Positions 40,345 to 50,281 of a stretch of DNA of 64,000 nt are shown piece by piece. The number at the start of each line of letters is the position of its first letter. Within the stretch, counting starts at the first letter, position 1. Origin of the DNA: an uncultured Gemmatimonadaceae bacterium (GTDB lineage Bacteria; Gemmatimonadota; Gemmatimonadetes; Gemmatimonadales; Gemmatimonadaceae); assembly GCA_963790305.1 (NCBI GenBank), contig CAWBOC010000005.1, positions 544,001 through 608,000 of the forward strand, read 5' to 3'. The translations under genes were made by a program, and so were the position numbers. A model generated the notes under the pieces. It had not been told where the DNA came from. It did not search any database and saw only the letters and a program-made list of their open reading frames with translations.

Positions 40345-41343
40345 ATGGATTCCACACAACACCACGCTACTCGTCCAGCTCGGGTCCGAGCCGCTGCACT
40401 GCGTGATACACTCTGGCGCGGGAGCCCGCCGCTCACGGCGGTCGGGCTGCTCATGCTCGTCGTCGCCGTCGCTTCGCTGGTCGGCGTGTTCGCGGATCCG
40501 CGCATCATTACCGGCGCACCCGCCTGGCTCAAGCCCTTCAAGTTCGCGATCTCGACCGCCGTCTATAGCCTCACGCTCGCGTGGATCTTCCAATGGCTCA
40601 CGGACTGGCCGCGGGTCCGCCGGATCGTTGGCTGGACGACCGCGATCGTGTTCGTGCTCGAGGTGGCGATCATCGACGCGCAGGCGTGGCGCGGAACGAC
40701 CAGCCACTTCAACGCGGCGACCCCGCTCGATCGCGTACTGTTCGGCGTGATGGGTGCCGCGATTGTGCTGCAGACCCTCGTGAGCATGTCGGTCGCGGTC
40801 GCGTTGTGGCGGCACCGCTTCGCCGATCGCTCACTCGCATGGGCCCTGCGACTCGGCATGACGCTGACCATCGCTGGCGCGATGACTGGCCCCCTCATGA
40901 CTCGCCCCACGGCAGCGCAACTTGCGGATGCGCGCGCCGGTCGCGGCATACCGATCGTAGGCGCGCATTCAGTCGGCGGGGTGGACGGCGGTCCCGGCGT
41001 GCCGGTCACGGGGTGGAGTCGAGAGCACGGCGATGTGCGCGTTCCGCACTTCATCGGACTGCACGCGATCCAGGTGCTGGCGCTCATCGCGGTCGGGCTG
41101 CGGCGGTGGCGCCGTTCAGAAAACGTTCGCGTCAGGGTCGTGCTTGTTGCCGCGGCGAGCTACGGGTCGCTGTTTCTGTTGCTGCTCTGGGAAGCGCTGC
41201 GCGGAAAGAGCATCGTGGCCCCCGATGCGCTGGCACTCACGTCGATCGCGGTCTGGGCAACCATCACGGTACTCCTCATCGGCTGGATCGGCATCGGCTC
41301 CCGCGGCGCCTCGCGCGACCGCCTCGACCGGGCGGCGGTATGA
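40345..41343 (+). CDS. Conserved-looking integral membrane protein
   Basis: Multiple TM segments; WLKPFKF, RGTTSHFN, GAHSVG, GDVRVPHFIGLHAIQ. Confidence 0.8.
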   Translation: MDSTQHHATRPARVRAAALRDTLWRGSPPLTAVGLLMLVVAVASLVGVFADPRIITGAPAWLKPFKFAISTAVYSLTLAWIFQWLTDWPRVRRIVGWTTAIVFVLEVAIIDAQAWRGTTSHFNAATPLDRVLFGVMGAAIVLQTLVSMSVAVALWRHRFADRSLAWALRLGMTLTIAGAMTGPLMTRPTAAQLADARAGRGIPIVGAHSVGGVDGGPGVPVTGWSREHGDVRVPHFIGLHAIQVLALIAVGLRRWRRSENVRVRVVLVAAASYGSLFLLLLWEALRGKSIVAPDALALTSIAVWATITVLLIGWIGIGSRGASRDRLDRAAV

Positions 41344-41777
41344 TCGGCGAACAGCTTTTCTCGCTTCTGAACCTCGTGGCCATCGTAGCGTGGCTGCCCT
41401 TGGTGTTTCTGCCGCGAGCGCGCTGGGCGTCGACCCTCGTACCGGTAGTGATTCCGTCCGTGCTCGCGGCGGTCTACGTCGTGCTCGCGGCTGTGGGCGT
41501 GACGCAGAGCGAGGGTGGTTTTTCGTCCATGGCAGGCGTCCGCACGCTGTTCGACAACGATTGGGCGCTGCTTGCGGGATGGACGCACTATCTGGCATTC
41601 GACCTGTTCGTAGGTGGCTGGGAAGTACGCGATTCACAGCGGCGAGGCATTCCACATCTACTCGTTGTGCCGGCGCTGGTCCTGACGTTCCTCTTCGGGC
41701 CCGGAGGCTTCCTGCTCTATCTGGCGCTCCGCCGATTCGCGCCGAACAGGGTCGCGGCGAGCTCGTCCGTCGAGTAG
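41340..41777 (+). CDS. ABA4-like (DUF4281) membrane protein
   Basis: GWTHYLAFDLFVGGW, LTFLFGPGGFLLY; ATGA overlap. Confidence 0.85.
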   Translation: MIGEQLFSLLNLVAIVAWLPLVFLPRARWASTLVPVVIPSVLAAVYVVLAAVGVTQSEGGFSSMAGVRTLFDNDWALLAGWTHYLAFDLFVGGWEVRDSQRRGIPHLLVVPALVLTFLFGPGGFLLYLALRRFAPNRVAASSSVE

Positions 41778-41932
41778 CGGCGACGCACCGCTCGAACGCA
41801 CCCCTGGACGGGCGTAACGCACGAAGCCTGCGCGGTTTAGCGCCGATGTCGAATTTGCGGGGGCTCGTTCGACGTCTGGGTAGAGGCAACGAATCAGGCA
41901 GTGTCACGACGCAAACCACCAGGAGATCGCAC

Positions 41933-42394
41933 ATGAGCACGACCGAAACCGCCGCCCCCACGATCCAAAACGCCGGCACGAAGCCGACGACGCCCCGCAA
42001 GCTGTTCGTCAACATTCCCGTCCGCGACCTTCAGCGGTCGATCGATTTCTTCGAGACGCTCGGATTCGCCTTCAACACGCAGTTCACCGACGCAACGGCC
42101 ACGTGCATGCTTGTCGGCGAGGATGCGTACTTCATGCTCATCTCCACGGAGCGATTCAAGGAGTTCAGCAAGCGACCCGTGGGTGACTCGCAGAAGGAGA
42201 CGAACGCGCTCTTCGCGATCAGCGTGGACAACCGCGACGAAGTCGACACGTTCGTGAACAAGGCGCTAACGGCCGGTGGCTCACGTGCCGCCGATCCGCA
42301 GGATCATGGATTCATGTATGCGTGGAGCTTCTACGACATCGATGGGCACCACTGGGAAGTGTTCTGGATGGATCCCAGCGCGGTCCAAGGCTGA
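41933..42394 (+). CDS. VOC/glyoxalase family protein
   Basis: AGGAG RBS; FVNIPVRDLQRS..QDHGFMY..DIDGHHWEVFWMD. Confidence 0.9.
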   Translation: MSTTETAAPTIQNAGTKPTTPRKLFVNIPVRDLQRSIDFFETLGFAFNTQFTDATATCMLVGEDAYFMLISTERFKEFSKRPVGDSQKETNALFAISVDNRDEVDTFVNKALTAGGSRAADPQDHGFMYAWSFYDIDGHHWEVFWMDPSAVQG

Positions 42395-42416
42395 GCAAAA
42401 ACAGGGAGAGACGACA

Positions 42417-43370
42417 ATGTCCCACACTCAAGTTGCGGCACTTGCCCTCATCCTCGCGAGCACGGCCATGGTCGCCGCGCCGTCGAGCGGCAGTGCACAG
42501 GGCGCAAAAGCCAACGACCGCCCCGCCGCCACAGCGAAGCCTACGCCCTCGAAGAAGGGCTACGTCCTCGCCAACGGCGTGAACTACTACTACGAAATCC
42601 ACGGCCGCGGCGAGCCGCTGCTGCTCCTGCATGGTGGACTCGGGTCAATCGACATGTTCGGGCCCGTTCTCCCAGCGTTCGCCAAGGAGAGGCAGGTTAT
42701 CGCTGTCGACCTCCACGGACATGGCCGCACCGCGCTCGGCGATCGCCCGATCAGCCTGATCGACATTGGCGACGACCTCGCCGTCGTACTGAAGCAGCTG
42801 GGATATGAGAAGGTCGACGTTCTTGGCTACTCGTTTGGCGCTGGCGCGGGGTTCCGGCTGGCGGTCCAGCACCCCTCGCTAGTGCGTCGCCTGGGGGTCG
42901 CGTCGGCGCCGTACGCGCAGGACGGCTTCCATCCCGAGATGCTTCCGCAGCAAGCGCAGGTAGGCGCGGCGATGGCGGACGCGATGAAGGAGACGCCAAT
43001 GTACATCTCGTACGCGGCGGTCGCGCCGAAGCCGCAGGATTTTCCCAGGCTGCTGGATCGCATGGGTGAGCTCATGCGTAAGCCGTATGACTGGTCCGAC
43101 GATGTGAAGAAGCTCCAGATGCCGGTAATGCTCATCTACGGCGATAGCGACATGATCCGTCCCGATCACATCGTGCGCTTCTATCAGCTTCTGGGCGGCG
43201 GGCTCCGCGATGCGGGGTGGATGCGCGAGCACATGTCGAAGAACCGTCTTGCGATCCTTCCCAACCTGACGCACTACGAGGTGTTCATGTCGCCCATGCT
43301 GGCGCCCACCGTTTTGCCATTTCTCAATGGGCAGAGCACTGGTCCGTCGTGGGCTGGGCAGGTGAAGTAG
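42417..43370 (+). CDS. Exported alpha/beta hydrolase
   Basis: Signal peptide; LLLHGGLG, DLHGHGRT, GYSFG, GDSD, THY. Confidence 0.9.
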   Translation: MSHTQVAALALILASTAMVAAPSSGSAQGAKANDRPAATAKPTPSKKGYVLANGVNYYYEIHGRGEPLLLLHGGLGSIDMFGPVLPAFAKERQVIAVDLHGHGRTALGDRPISLIDIGDDLAVVLKQLGYEKVDVLGYSFGAGAGFRLAVQHPSLVRRLGVASAPYAQDGFHPEMLPQQAQVGAAMADAMKETPMYISYAAVAPKPQDFPRLLDRMGELMRKPYDWSDDVKKLQMPVMLIYGDSDMIRPDHIVRFYQLLGGGLRDAGWMREHMSKNRLAILPNLTHYEVFMSPMLAPTVLPFLNGQSTGPSWAGQVK

Positions 43371-43405
43371 AAGGTGTCGAGGTCTGGACACCCTCGACGA
43401 CCTAG

Positions 43406-43434
43406 TTGACGATGGCAGTCGCCTCCCATACCTT
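43406..43434 (+). promoter_or_regulatory. Sigma70-type promoter of the his operon
   Basis: TTGACG (43406-43411) - 17 nt - TACCTT (43429-43434); predicted +1 at or near the leader ATG at 43441. Confidence 0.65.
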
Positions 43435-43440
43435 GGGAAC

Positions 43441-43521
43441 ATGACCACGACCATTCGCCATCATCGCGCGCACCACCTCCACGGCCCGACGGGTCGGGGC
43501 GACGCGCGCGCATGCGGATGA
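43441..43521 (+). CDS. hisL: His-rich attenuation leader peptide MTTTIRHHRAHHLHGPTGRGDARACG
   Basis: 26 codons with 5 His in codons 7-14, directly upstream of a terminator and hisG. Confidence 0.8.
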   Translation: MTTTIRHHRAHHLHGPTGRGDARACG

Positions 43522-43552
43522 CCGTGTAACGGCACCTGAGCGCACGTACGCT

Positions 43553-43589
43553 GCGGCCCGTCCCTCCTGGACGGGCCGTTTTTCTTTTT
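43553..43589 (+). terminator. Attenuator terminator of the his operon
   Basis: gcggcccgtcc-ctcct-ggacgggccgt followed by ttttcttttt, 12 nt before the hisG ATG. Confidence 0.88.
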
Positions 43590-43601
43590 CGGTCAACTCC
43601 C

Positions 43602-44498
43602 ATGCTCGAACGACGAACGACTTCGCGACTGCGCATCGCGCTCCCCAACAAGGGGCGTCTCACCGACGACGTGCGCACGCTCTTCTCTGACGCCGGCCTC
43701 GAGCTGCGCGCAGCCGGCGAGCGCGCGCTCGTCGCGTCGCTCGGCGGCGATTTCGAGGCGATCTTCGTTCGCGCGCAGGACATTCCGGAGTTCGTCGCCG
43801 ACGGGGCCGCGGACGTCGGCGTGACCGGGTGGGATCTCGTGCGCGAGTCGGAGCGCGACCTCGAGTCGGTGCTCGATCTCGAATGCGGTCGGTGCCGTCT
43901 CGTCGTCGCCGCGCGTGAGGAGAGCGGCATTACCTCACTCCAGGACATAGTCAGCGACGGAAACGGCGGGCCACGCGTCGCAACCGCGTTCCCGCGGATC
44001 ACCGAGCGCTACTTCGCCGACGCACGCCTGCCGATCACGATCGTGCCGGTGAGCGGGGCCGCCGAAATCGCCCCGCATCTGGGCATCGCCGACATCGTCA
44101 CCGATCTCGTCTCCACGGGCTCGACGCTTCGTGTCAATCAGCTCCGTGAGATCGCGACGATCCTCGAGTCCACCGCTCGCCTGATCACGGCACCTAACGG
44201 GCTGGAATCGCCACGTCGACGCTCGATCGAGGAGCTGGTGACCGCACTGGAATCGGTGCTGCGAGCGCGGGGCAAGCGGTACGTGATGGCGAACATGCCG
44301 CGGGCAGCACTCGATCAGGTACGGCGTGTCCTTCCGGGCCTCAACGGTCCAACGGTGATCGACATCCTGAATGGGGGCGATCTGGTCGCGGTCCACGCCG
44401 TCGTCGCCCAGGACGCGATCTACCGCACCATTGCCGACCTCAAGGCACTGGGCGGTGAAGGCATCCTGGTCACGCGCATCGAGCGGGTGATGCCGTGA
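43602..44498 (+). CDS. hisG: ATP phosphoribosyltransferase (long form)
   Basis: IALPNKGRL, VRAQDIP, GVTGWD, GAAEIAP, DLVSTGSTL, C-terminal regulatory domain. Confidence 0.97.
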   Translation: MLERRTTSRLRIALPNKGRLTDDVRTLFSDAGLELRAAGERALVASLGGDFEAIFVRAQDIPEFVADGAADVGVTGWDLVRESERDLESVLDLECGRCRLVVAAREESGITSLQDIVSDGNGGPRVATAFPRITERYFADARLPITIVPVSGAAEIAPHLGIADIVTDLVSTGSTLRVNQLREIATILESTARLITAPNGLESPRRRSIEELVTALESVLRARGKRYVMANMPRAALDQVRRVLPGLNGPTVIDILNGGDLVAVHAVVAQDAIYRTIADLKALGGEGILVTRIERVMP

Positions 44499-45832
44499 AG
44501 ACGCCGACCCGCAAACCGCTTTTCGCGTTGCGCGGCGCGATCGCGGATCTCGACGCCCGCGACGCCAGGGTTCTGCTCGACCGTGGATTCACCACTGACC
44601 CTCTGCTCCGTGACCGCGTCTCGGCGATCATCGCGCGCGTCTGGGAGGAGCGAGACGCCGCCCTGCGAGACCTGGCTCGCGAGCTCGACGGAGTGGACCT
44701 CGATGAGCTCGAGGTGCCGCGGGAGCGATGCACGCGCGCACTCACCACGCTCGATCCCGCGCTTCGCCGGGTGCTCCAGCGGGCGGCGGACAACATTACC
44801 CGGGTTCACCGTGCGATACCGGTCTCGCCGATGGAAGTAGAGCCGGAACCCGGCATCGTGATCGGCCGTCGTCCCGATCCGCTCGAGCGCATTGGCGTTT
44901 ATGCGCCGGGTGGCCGCGCGGCGTATCCAAGCTCGGTGCTCATGGGCGCGATTCCCGCCCGCGTCGCGGGCGTGCGCGAGATAACACTGTGCTCGCCGCC
45001 TCAGCGGAAAACCGGTCTTCCATCCGAGATCGTGCTCGCTGCTGCCGCGCTCGGGGGCGTGGACCGAGTGTTCGCCATCGGTGGAGCGGGCGCGATCGCC
45101 GCCATGGCCTACGGAACGGAAAGCGTCGCTCGCGTCGACCGCATTGTCGGCCCGGGCAATGCGTACGTCGCGGAGGCAAAGCTCCAGGTGAGAAACACCG
45201 TCGCCACCGACTCTCCCGCCGGACCGAGCGAGCTGCTGATCATCGCGGACGCCAGCGCGGAGCCGGAGCTGGTGGCGCGAGAGATGCTCGCGCAAGCGGA
45301 GCACGACACGGACGCGTGCGTCGTTTGCGTCATGGTCGGCGGTACCTCCCCCGACGTCATTGAGAGCATCGTCCGCATGCGGCTTGTCGATCAGCCGCGC
45401 GCAATGATCATCGCGTCGGCACTCGCCACTCGTGGCGCGCTTCTCACCGCCACGTCGGTGGACGAAGCGTTGGCCTTCGCCGAGCGGTATGCGCCGGAGC
45501 ATCTCCTTCTCGCTGTCCGTGATCCGCAGGCGCTCGTCCCACGCGTCCGCAATGCGGGCACCATTTTCGTCGGTACATCGTCGTCGGTGACGTTCGGCGA
45601 CTATATGACTGGCGCAAACCATGTGCTCCCCACGGGCGGCCTCGCCCGCTGCTATTCCGGACTTTCGACGCTCGACTTCGTGCGCTGGACGACCTATCAG
45701 CGCGTCACACCAGCGGCCGCGGCGCGACTCGCCGACGATGTGGCAAGCTTCGCGGAATCGGAGGGTCTGGCGGCGCATGCGGATGCTGCGCGCTCATGGT
45801 CTGCGCCGACGAGCGCCGAGGCGCTGCGATGA
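44495..45832 (+). CDS. hisD: Histidinol dehydrogenase
   Basis: GVYAPGGRAAYPSS, GPGNAYV, AGPSE, QAEHD, APEHL, GDY..GANHVLPT. Confidence 0.97.
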   Translation: MKTPTRKPLFALRGAIADLDARDARVLLDRGFTTDPLLRDRVSAIIARVWEERDAALRDLARELDGVDLDELEVPRERCTRALTTLDPALRRVLQRAADNITRVHRAIPVSPMEVEPEPGIVIGRRPDPLERIGVYAPGGRAAYPSSVLMGAIPARVAGVREITLCSPPQRKTGLPSEIVLAAAALGGVDRVFAIGGAGAIAAMAYGTESVARVDRIVGPGNAYVAEAKLQVRNTVATDSPAGPSELLIIADASAEPELVAREMLAQAEHDTDACVVCVMVGGTSPDVIESIVRMRLVDQPRAMIIASALATRGALLTATSVDEALAFAERYAPEHLLLAVRDPQALVPRVRNAGTIFVGTSSSVTFGDYMTGANHVLPTGGLARCYSGLSTLDFVRWTTYQRVTPAAAARLADDVASFAESEGLAAHADAARSWSAPTSAEALR

Positions 45833-46884
45833 CGACCTCGCTCGAGCTCGCGCGTGCAGCATATCGCGAGGTTTCCCTCTACACGGTCGATTCCACGCCG
45901 TGTGCGGTGGATCTGAGCGACAACACCAACCTGTGGGGCGCGCCCCCCGCGGCGCGGAGGGCACTGAGCGAGCTCGCTGACGGAGGCTTCACGCGCTATC
46001 CCTCGGCGTATGCGTCGGAGCTGAAAGATGCGCTTGCCGCATACGTCGGCGTGGATGCGTCTCGCATCGCCACCGGGTGCGGCTCCGACGACATCCTCGA
46101 TTCGGCAATTCGGGCATTCGCCGAGCCGGGCGCCCGAATCGCCTTTTGCGCGCCGACGTTCGCGATGATCCCGATCTTCGCGCGCCTGAATGGAGTGGAG
46201 CCGGTCGCCGTGCCGATGACGCCAGCCTGGGATATCGATCCCGATGGCTTGCTGAACAGCGACGCGCGTGTCGTCTACATCTGCTCGCCGAACAACCCGA
46301 CCGGAACGACCGCCTCACGAAACGCGATCGAACAGATCATCGCCGCCGCTCCGGGCTTCGTGATACTCGACGAGGCCTATGCTGAGTTTGCTGGCAGCAG
46401 TTGTGTCGATCTCGCGACGAAGTACGATCGCGTCCTCATCGTCCGCACGATGTCCAAGGCCTTCGGCCTCGCGGGGCTGCGCGTGGGATATGCCGTCGGC
46501 GCCCCAGCGCTGGTCGCCGAGGTCGAGAAGTCGCGCGGGCCGTACAAGGTGAGCACGGTGGCCGAGCGCGCGGCGGTCGCGTCACTCACGCACGATCGGG
46601 GATGGGTCGCCGAACGCGTCGAAGACGCGCACAGGAGCCGGAATCGGCTGACGGAGTCGCTGCGTGCGCTCGGTCTCGCGCCGCTGCCGTCGGAGGCGAA
46701 CTTCGTGCTGGCTCCCGTCGCGGGAGCGTTGGGCGTCGCACAGCGAATGCGCGAGCGCGGCGTCGCCGTCAGAGCCTTCGAGAGGCTGCCGCTGGTGGGC
46801 GATGCCCTGCGGATCACCGCCGGTCCGGCGCCGATGATGGACGAGGCGCTCGCGGTGCTCGAGGAGGCGCTCCGATGCGGGTGA
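45829..46884 (+). CDS. hisC: Histidinol-phosphate aminotransferase
   Basis: CSPNNPTG, DEAYAEF, RTMSKAFGLAGLRVGY, SEANF. Confidence 0.95.
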   Translation: MTTSLELARAAYREVSLYTVDSTPCAVDLSDNTNLWGAPPAARRALSELADGGFTRYPSAYASELKDALAAYVGVDASRIATGCGSDDILDSAIRAFAEPGARIAFCAPTFAMIPIFARLNGVEPVAVPMTPAWDIDPDGLLNSDARVVYICSPNNPTGTTASRNAIEQIIAAAPGFVILDEAYAEFAGSSCVDLATKYDRVLIVRTMSKAFGLAGLRVGYAVGAPALVAEVEKSRGPYKVSTVAERAAVASLTHDRGWVAERVEDAHRSRNRLTESLRALGLAPLPSEANFVLAPVAGALGVAQRMRERGVAVRAFERLPLVGDALRITAGPAPMMDEALAVLEEALRCG

Positions 46885-47471
46885 CCATTCTGGACTATGG
46901 GGCCGGGAACCTGCACTCTCTCGCGAAGGCACTCGACGATGGCGCGTGGACGGTACGAGTCGACGCTGATCCGATCGCGGCGCTGGACACGGATGTCCTG
47001 GTTCTTCCGGGCGTCGGCGCCTTTGGACACGCCGCCTCACGATTGGCGCCGGCGCGTGCGGCGATTCGCGATGCGATTCACGGAGGGCTTCCTTGCGTGG
47101 GAATCTGTCTCGGCATGCAGCTGCTGTTCACTGAAAGCGACGAGGGCGACGGCGCCGGTCTCGACGTGATCGGCGGGCGCGTCACGCGTGTCCGCGCACG
47201 CCGTGTCCCCCATATCGGCTGGACCACGATCGCGGAGACGAACGACTGGGCGTTCGAGCGTGCCCCGCTCGACGTCGCCTACTACGCGAACGGATTCGCA
47301 TGCAGGCCGACGCGTCCTGATGTCATCCGCGCGTGGAGTGTGCACGAGCGTGACCGATTCCCAGCGATGGTTCGTAACGGGAGCGCCGTGGGGGTGCAGT
47401 TTCATCCAGAAAAGAGCTCGCGCGCCGGCGTGGCGTTTCTCCGAGCCCTGGTTCGGGAGGCCGAAAGTTGA
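46875..47471 (+). CDS. hisH: Imidazole glycerol phosphate synthase glutaminase subunit
   Basis: DYGAGNL, LPGVGAF, GICLGMQLL, VPHIGW, QFHPEKS. Confidence 0.95.
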   Translation: MRVTILDYGAGNLHSLAKALDDGAWTVRVDADPIAALDTDVLVLPGVGAFGHAASRLAPARAAIRDAIHGGLPCVGICLGMQLLFTESDEGDGAGLDVIGGRVTRVRARRVPHIGWTTIAETNDWAFERAPLDVAYYANGFACRPTRPDVIRAWSVHERDRFPAMVRNGSAVGVQFHPEKSSRAGVAFLRALVREAES

Positions 47472-48193
47472 TCGCCATTCCCGCGGTGGATCTGCGTGGC
47501 GGCGCCTGCGTCCAGCTCGTCGGCGGCTCATACGACCACGAGCGGCTGCGCTTCGATGATCCGCTCGGTGTCGCGCGCGGCTGGGCGCGAATCGGATTCA
47601 CTCGCCTCCACCTCGTCGATCTCGACGCGGCCACCGGGCGAGGATCGAACGAGGATCTGGTCGCCGAGCTGCTGCGCGATCGTGAGGCGAGTGTTCAGGT
47701 TGGCGGCGGGGTCCGGAGTGGCGATGACATCGAGCGCCTGCTGACGCAGGGTGCGGATCGCGTCGTCGTTGGGACGCGCGCGATCGAGGAGCCCGGCTGG
47801 ATCGATGCAATGTCGTCGCTGTTCCCGGGCGAGCTCGTCGTCGCCGCCGATGTTCGCGATCGCCGTGTCGTGACGCGCGGCTGGGAGAAGACGCTCGCCC
47901 GCAACGTGATCGACGTCGTCGAAGAGTTGAACGCGCTCCCGCTCGCCGCCATCATGGTGACGGCCGTGCATCGCGAGGGACAGCTCGCGGGAACCGACCT
48001 GTTCCTCATGGAAGATGTGGCGGAGGCGAGCGACCATCCCGTATACGCGTCTGGCGGCATCACGACCTACGCAGACCTGCGCGCGCTGGAGGATCGCGGG
48101 CTCGCCGGCGCCATCGTCGGCATGGCGCTCTACACCGGCGTGCTCGACGCGCGGCTCATCGCCGAGGAATTCGCGGAGGAGTTCGTGGAATGA
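47468..48193 (+). CDS. hisA: ProFAR isomerase
   Basis: IPAVDLRGG, LHLVDLDAA, QVGGGVR, ASGGI. Confidence 0.95.
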   Translation: MIAIPAVDLRGGACVQLVGGSYDHERLRFDDPLGVARGWARIGFTRLHLVDLDAATGRGSNEDLVAELLRDREASVQVGGGVRSGDDIERLLTQGADRVVVGTRAIEEPGWIDAMSSLFPGELVVAADVRDRRVVTRGWEKTLARNVIDVVEELNALPLAAIMVTAVHREGQLAGTDLFLMEDVAEASDHPVYASGGITTYADLRALEDRGLAGAIVGMALYTGVLDARLIAEEFAEEFVE

Positions 48194-48744
48194 CTGTGAT
48201 CACGAGAGAGACGCGTGAGACCCGTGTGCGCGTCGAGATCAAGCCGGGGCCGGGTGAGGGGACGATCGACACGGGCGTCCGCTTTCTCGATCACATGCTC
48301 GCGACGCTCGCGCGCTACGGCGGGCTGGAGCTGTCGGTCAGCGCGCGGGGCGATCTTCCCCATCATGTCATCGAGGACACCGCCATCGCCTTCGGTGCGG
48401 CGCTGGCGCAGTTCCACCCTCAGCGCATCGCGCGGTACGGTGACCGAACGATTCCCATGGACGACGCGCTCGTGCACGCATGTATCGACATCGGTGGCCG
48501 GCCGTTCTATCGCGGCCCGCTGCCGAGCACGCTCTACGATCACTGGATGCGTTCCTTCGCCGATCACGCGCGCGCGACGGTGCATGTGCGCGTATTGCGC
48601 GGACGCGACCGCCACCACGTGATCGAGGCCGCGTTCAAGGCGCTCGGCCTCGCGTTGCGCGATGCGCTGGTAGTGACGGAGGCTGGCATGAGCACAAAGG
48701 GGGATGTCTCATGGGGAGACCTCGCGCGGACCCGGGAGGCGTAA
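48190..48744 (+). CDS. hisB: Imidazoleglycerol-phosphate dehydratase
   Basis: RETRET, FLDHML, HHVIED, PMDDAL, HHVIEAAFKA. Confidence 0.95.
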   Translation: MTVITRETRETRVRVEIKPGPGEGTIDTGVRFLDHMLATLARYGGLELSVSARGDLPHHVIEDTAIAFGAALAQFHPQRIARYGDRTIPMDDALVHACIDIGGRPFYRGPLPSTLYDHWMRSFADHARATVHVRVLRGRDRHHVIEAAFKALGLALRDALVVTEAGMSTKGDVSWGDLARTREA

Positions 48745-49505
48745 TGCTCACCCGACTCGTTGTCTGCCTCGACATGCGCGATGGACGCGTCGTGAAGGGC
48801 GTTCGGTTCGAAGGATTGCGCGACGTTGGCGACCCGGTGGAATTGGCCGCGCGGTACGAGACCGAGGGGGCGGACGAAGTCGTCTTTCTCGACATCTCGG
48901 CCAGCGTCGAGGGCCGAGCGACGCTGCTCGCAACCGTGCGCCGCGCTGCCGATGTGCTCTTCGTACCGCTGACGGTGGGTGGAGGCGTGCGTAGCGTCGA
49001 GGATGTCGCGAACGCGCTTCGCGCCGGCGCGGACAAGGTGAGCATCAATACCGCGGCGATCGCGCGCCCCGCCGTGATGACGGAGTGTGCGGAACGCTTC
49101 GGCTCCCAGTGCGTCGTCGCGAGCATCGATGCGCGACGCGACGGCGACGACCGATGGCTCGTGTGGACCCATGGTGGCAGCAGACGCACTGAGATCGACG
49201 CCGTTGCGTGGGCGCGCGAATGCGTTGCTCGCGGGGCGGGGGAGATCCTTCTCACGAGCATCGATCGAGACGGCGCGCGACAGGGGTACGATCTCGAGCT
49301 GACGCGCGCCGTGTCTGACGCCGTGTCCGTGCCGGTCATCGCGTCGGGTGGCGCGGGGTGCGCGGCCCACGTGCGTGACGCGATCGTCGAAGGCGGTGCC
49401 GACGCCGTGCTGGTCGCGGGGATTCTCCACGACGGTCTCACGACCGTGCGCGAGCTCAAGGACGTGCTTGCACGGGCCAACATTCCCGTTCGGGCGGTCG
49501 CGTGA
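48744..49505 (+). CDS. hisF: Imidazole glycerol phosphate synthase cyclase subunit
   Basis: CLD..GRVVKG, GADEVVFLDI, PLTVGGG, GAGEILLTSIDRDG, VIASGGAG. Confidence 0.97.
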   Translation: MLTRLVVCLDMRDGRVVKGVRFEGLRDVGDPVELAARYETEGADEVVFLDISASVEGRATLLATVRRAADVLFVPLTVGGGVRSVEDVANALRAGADKVSINTAAIARPAVMTECAERFGSQCVVASIDARRDGDDRWLVWTHGGSRRTEIDAVAWARECVARGAGEILLTSIDRDGARQGYDLELTRAVSDAVSVPVIASGGAGCAAHVRDAIVEGGADAVLVAGILHDGLTTVRELKDVLARANIPVRAVA

Positions 49506-50281
49506 CGGCCGCGACGACACAGCGCGCACTGCTCGACGCGGTGCATGAGGCGGCGCGAGTGGCCGGGGACGTGGCGATGCGTCACTACCAGACATCGCTC
49601 GCGGTCGAGTCGAAATCTGACGGCTCGCCGGTCACGATCGCCGATCGCGAGGCGGAGTCCGCGGTGCGCGAGTGGATCACGCGGCGATTCCCGGATGACG
49701 GCATCGAAGGCGAAGAGCTCGGCGTCTTGCGTCCCGACGCGCGGCGTCGCTGGCTCGTCGATCCCATCGACGGCACGAAGACGTTCGTGCGCGGTGTACC
49801 GCTCTGGGGAACGCTGGTCGCGATCGTCGAAGGCACCGACGTGCTCGCCGGCGCGGCGTTCTTCCCCGCGGTCGATGAGATGGTCGTCGCCGCGCGCGGG
49901 GAAGGCATGTGGTGGAACGATGTGCGCTGTTGCGTATCGCGCGTCGATCGCCTCGATCGTGCCACGGTGCTCACCACCGATGAGCGGTTCCCGCACAGTG
50001 CCGACAAGCGCGCCGCGTGGTGGCGCCTGAGCGAGCGCGCGATGGTGAGCCGGTCGTGGGGCGACTGCTACGGCTATCTCCTGGTCGCGACCGGACGCGC
50101 CGAGGTGATGGTCGACGGCGCGATGTCGGCGTGGGATGCGGCCGCGCTGGAGCCGATCATCGAGGAAGCAGGCGGCGTCTTCACCGATTGGACGGGCGCA
50201 CGTACGGCGTTCGGCGGTAACGCGATCGCCACCAACGGGGCGCTCGCGGTCGAGACGCGATCGCTCCTGCTCCGTTCATGA
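49502..50281 (+). CDS. hisN: Histidinol-phosphatase, inositol monophosphatase family
   Basis: [22 protein letters not shown]; located within the his operon. Confidence 0.88.
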   Translation: MTAATTQRALLDAVHEAARVAGDVAMRHYQTSLAVESKSDGSPVTIADREAESAVREWITRRFPDDGIEGEELGVLRPDARRRWLVDPIDGTKTFVRGVPLWGTLVAIVEGTDVLAGAAFFPAVDEMVVAARGEGMWWNDVRCCVSRVDRLDRATVLTTDERFPHSADKRAAWWRLSERAMVSRSWGDCYGYLLVATGRAEVMVDGAMSAWDAAALEPIIEEAGGVFTDWTGARTAFGGNAIATNGALAVETRSLLLRS

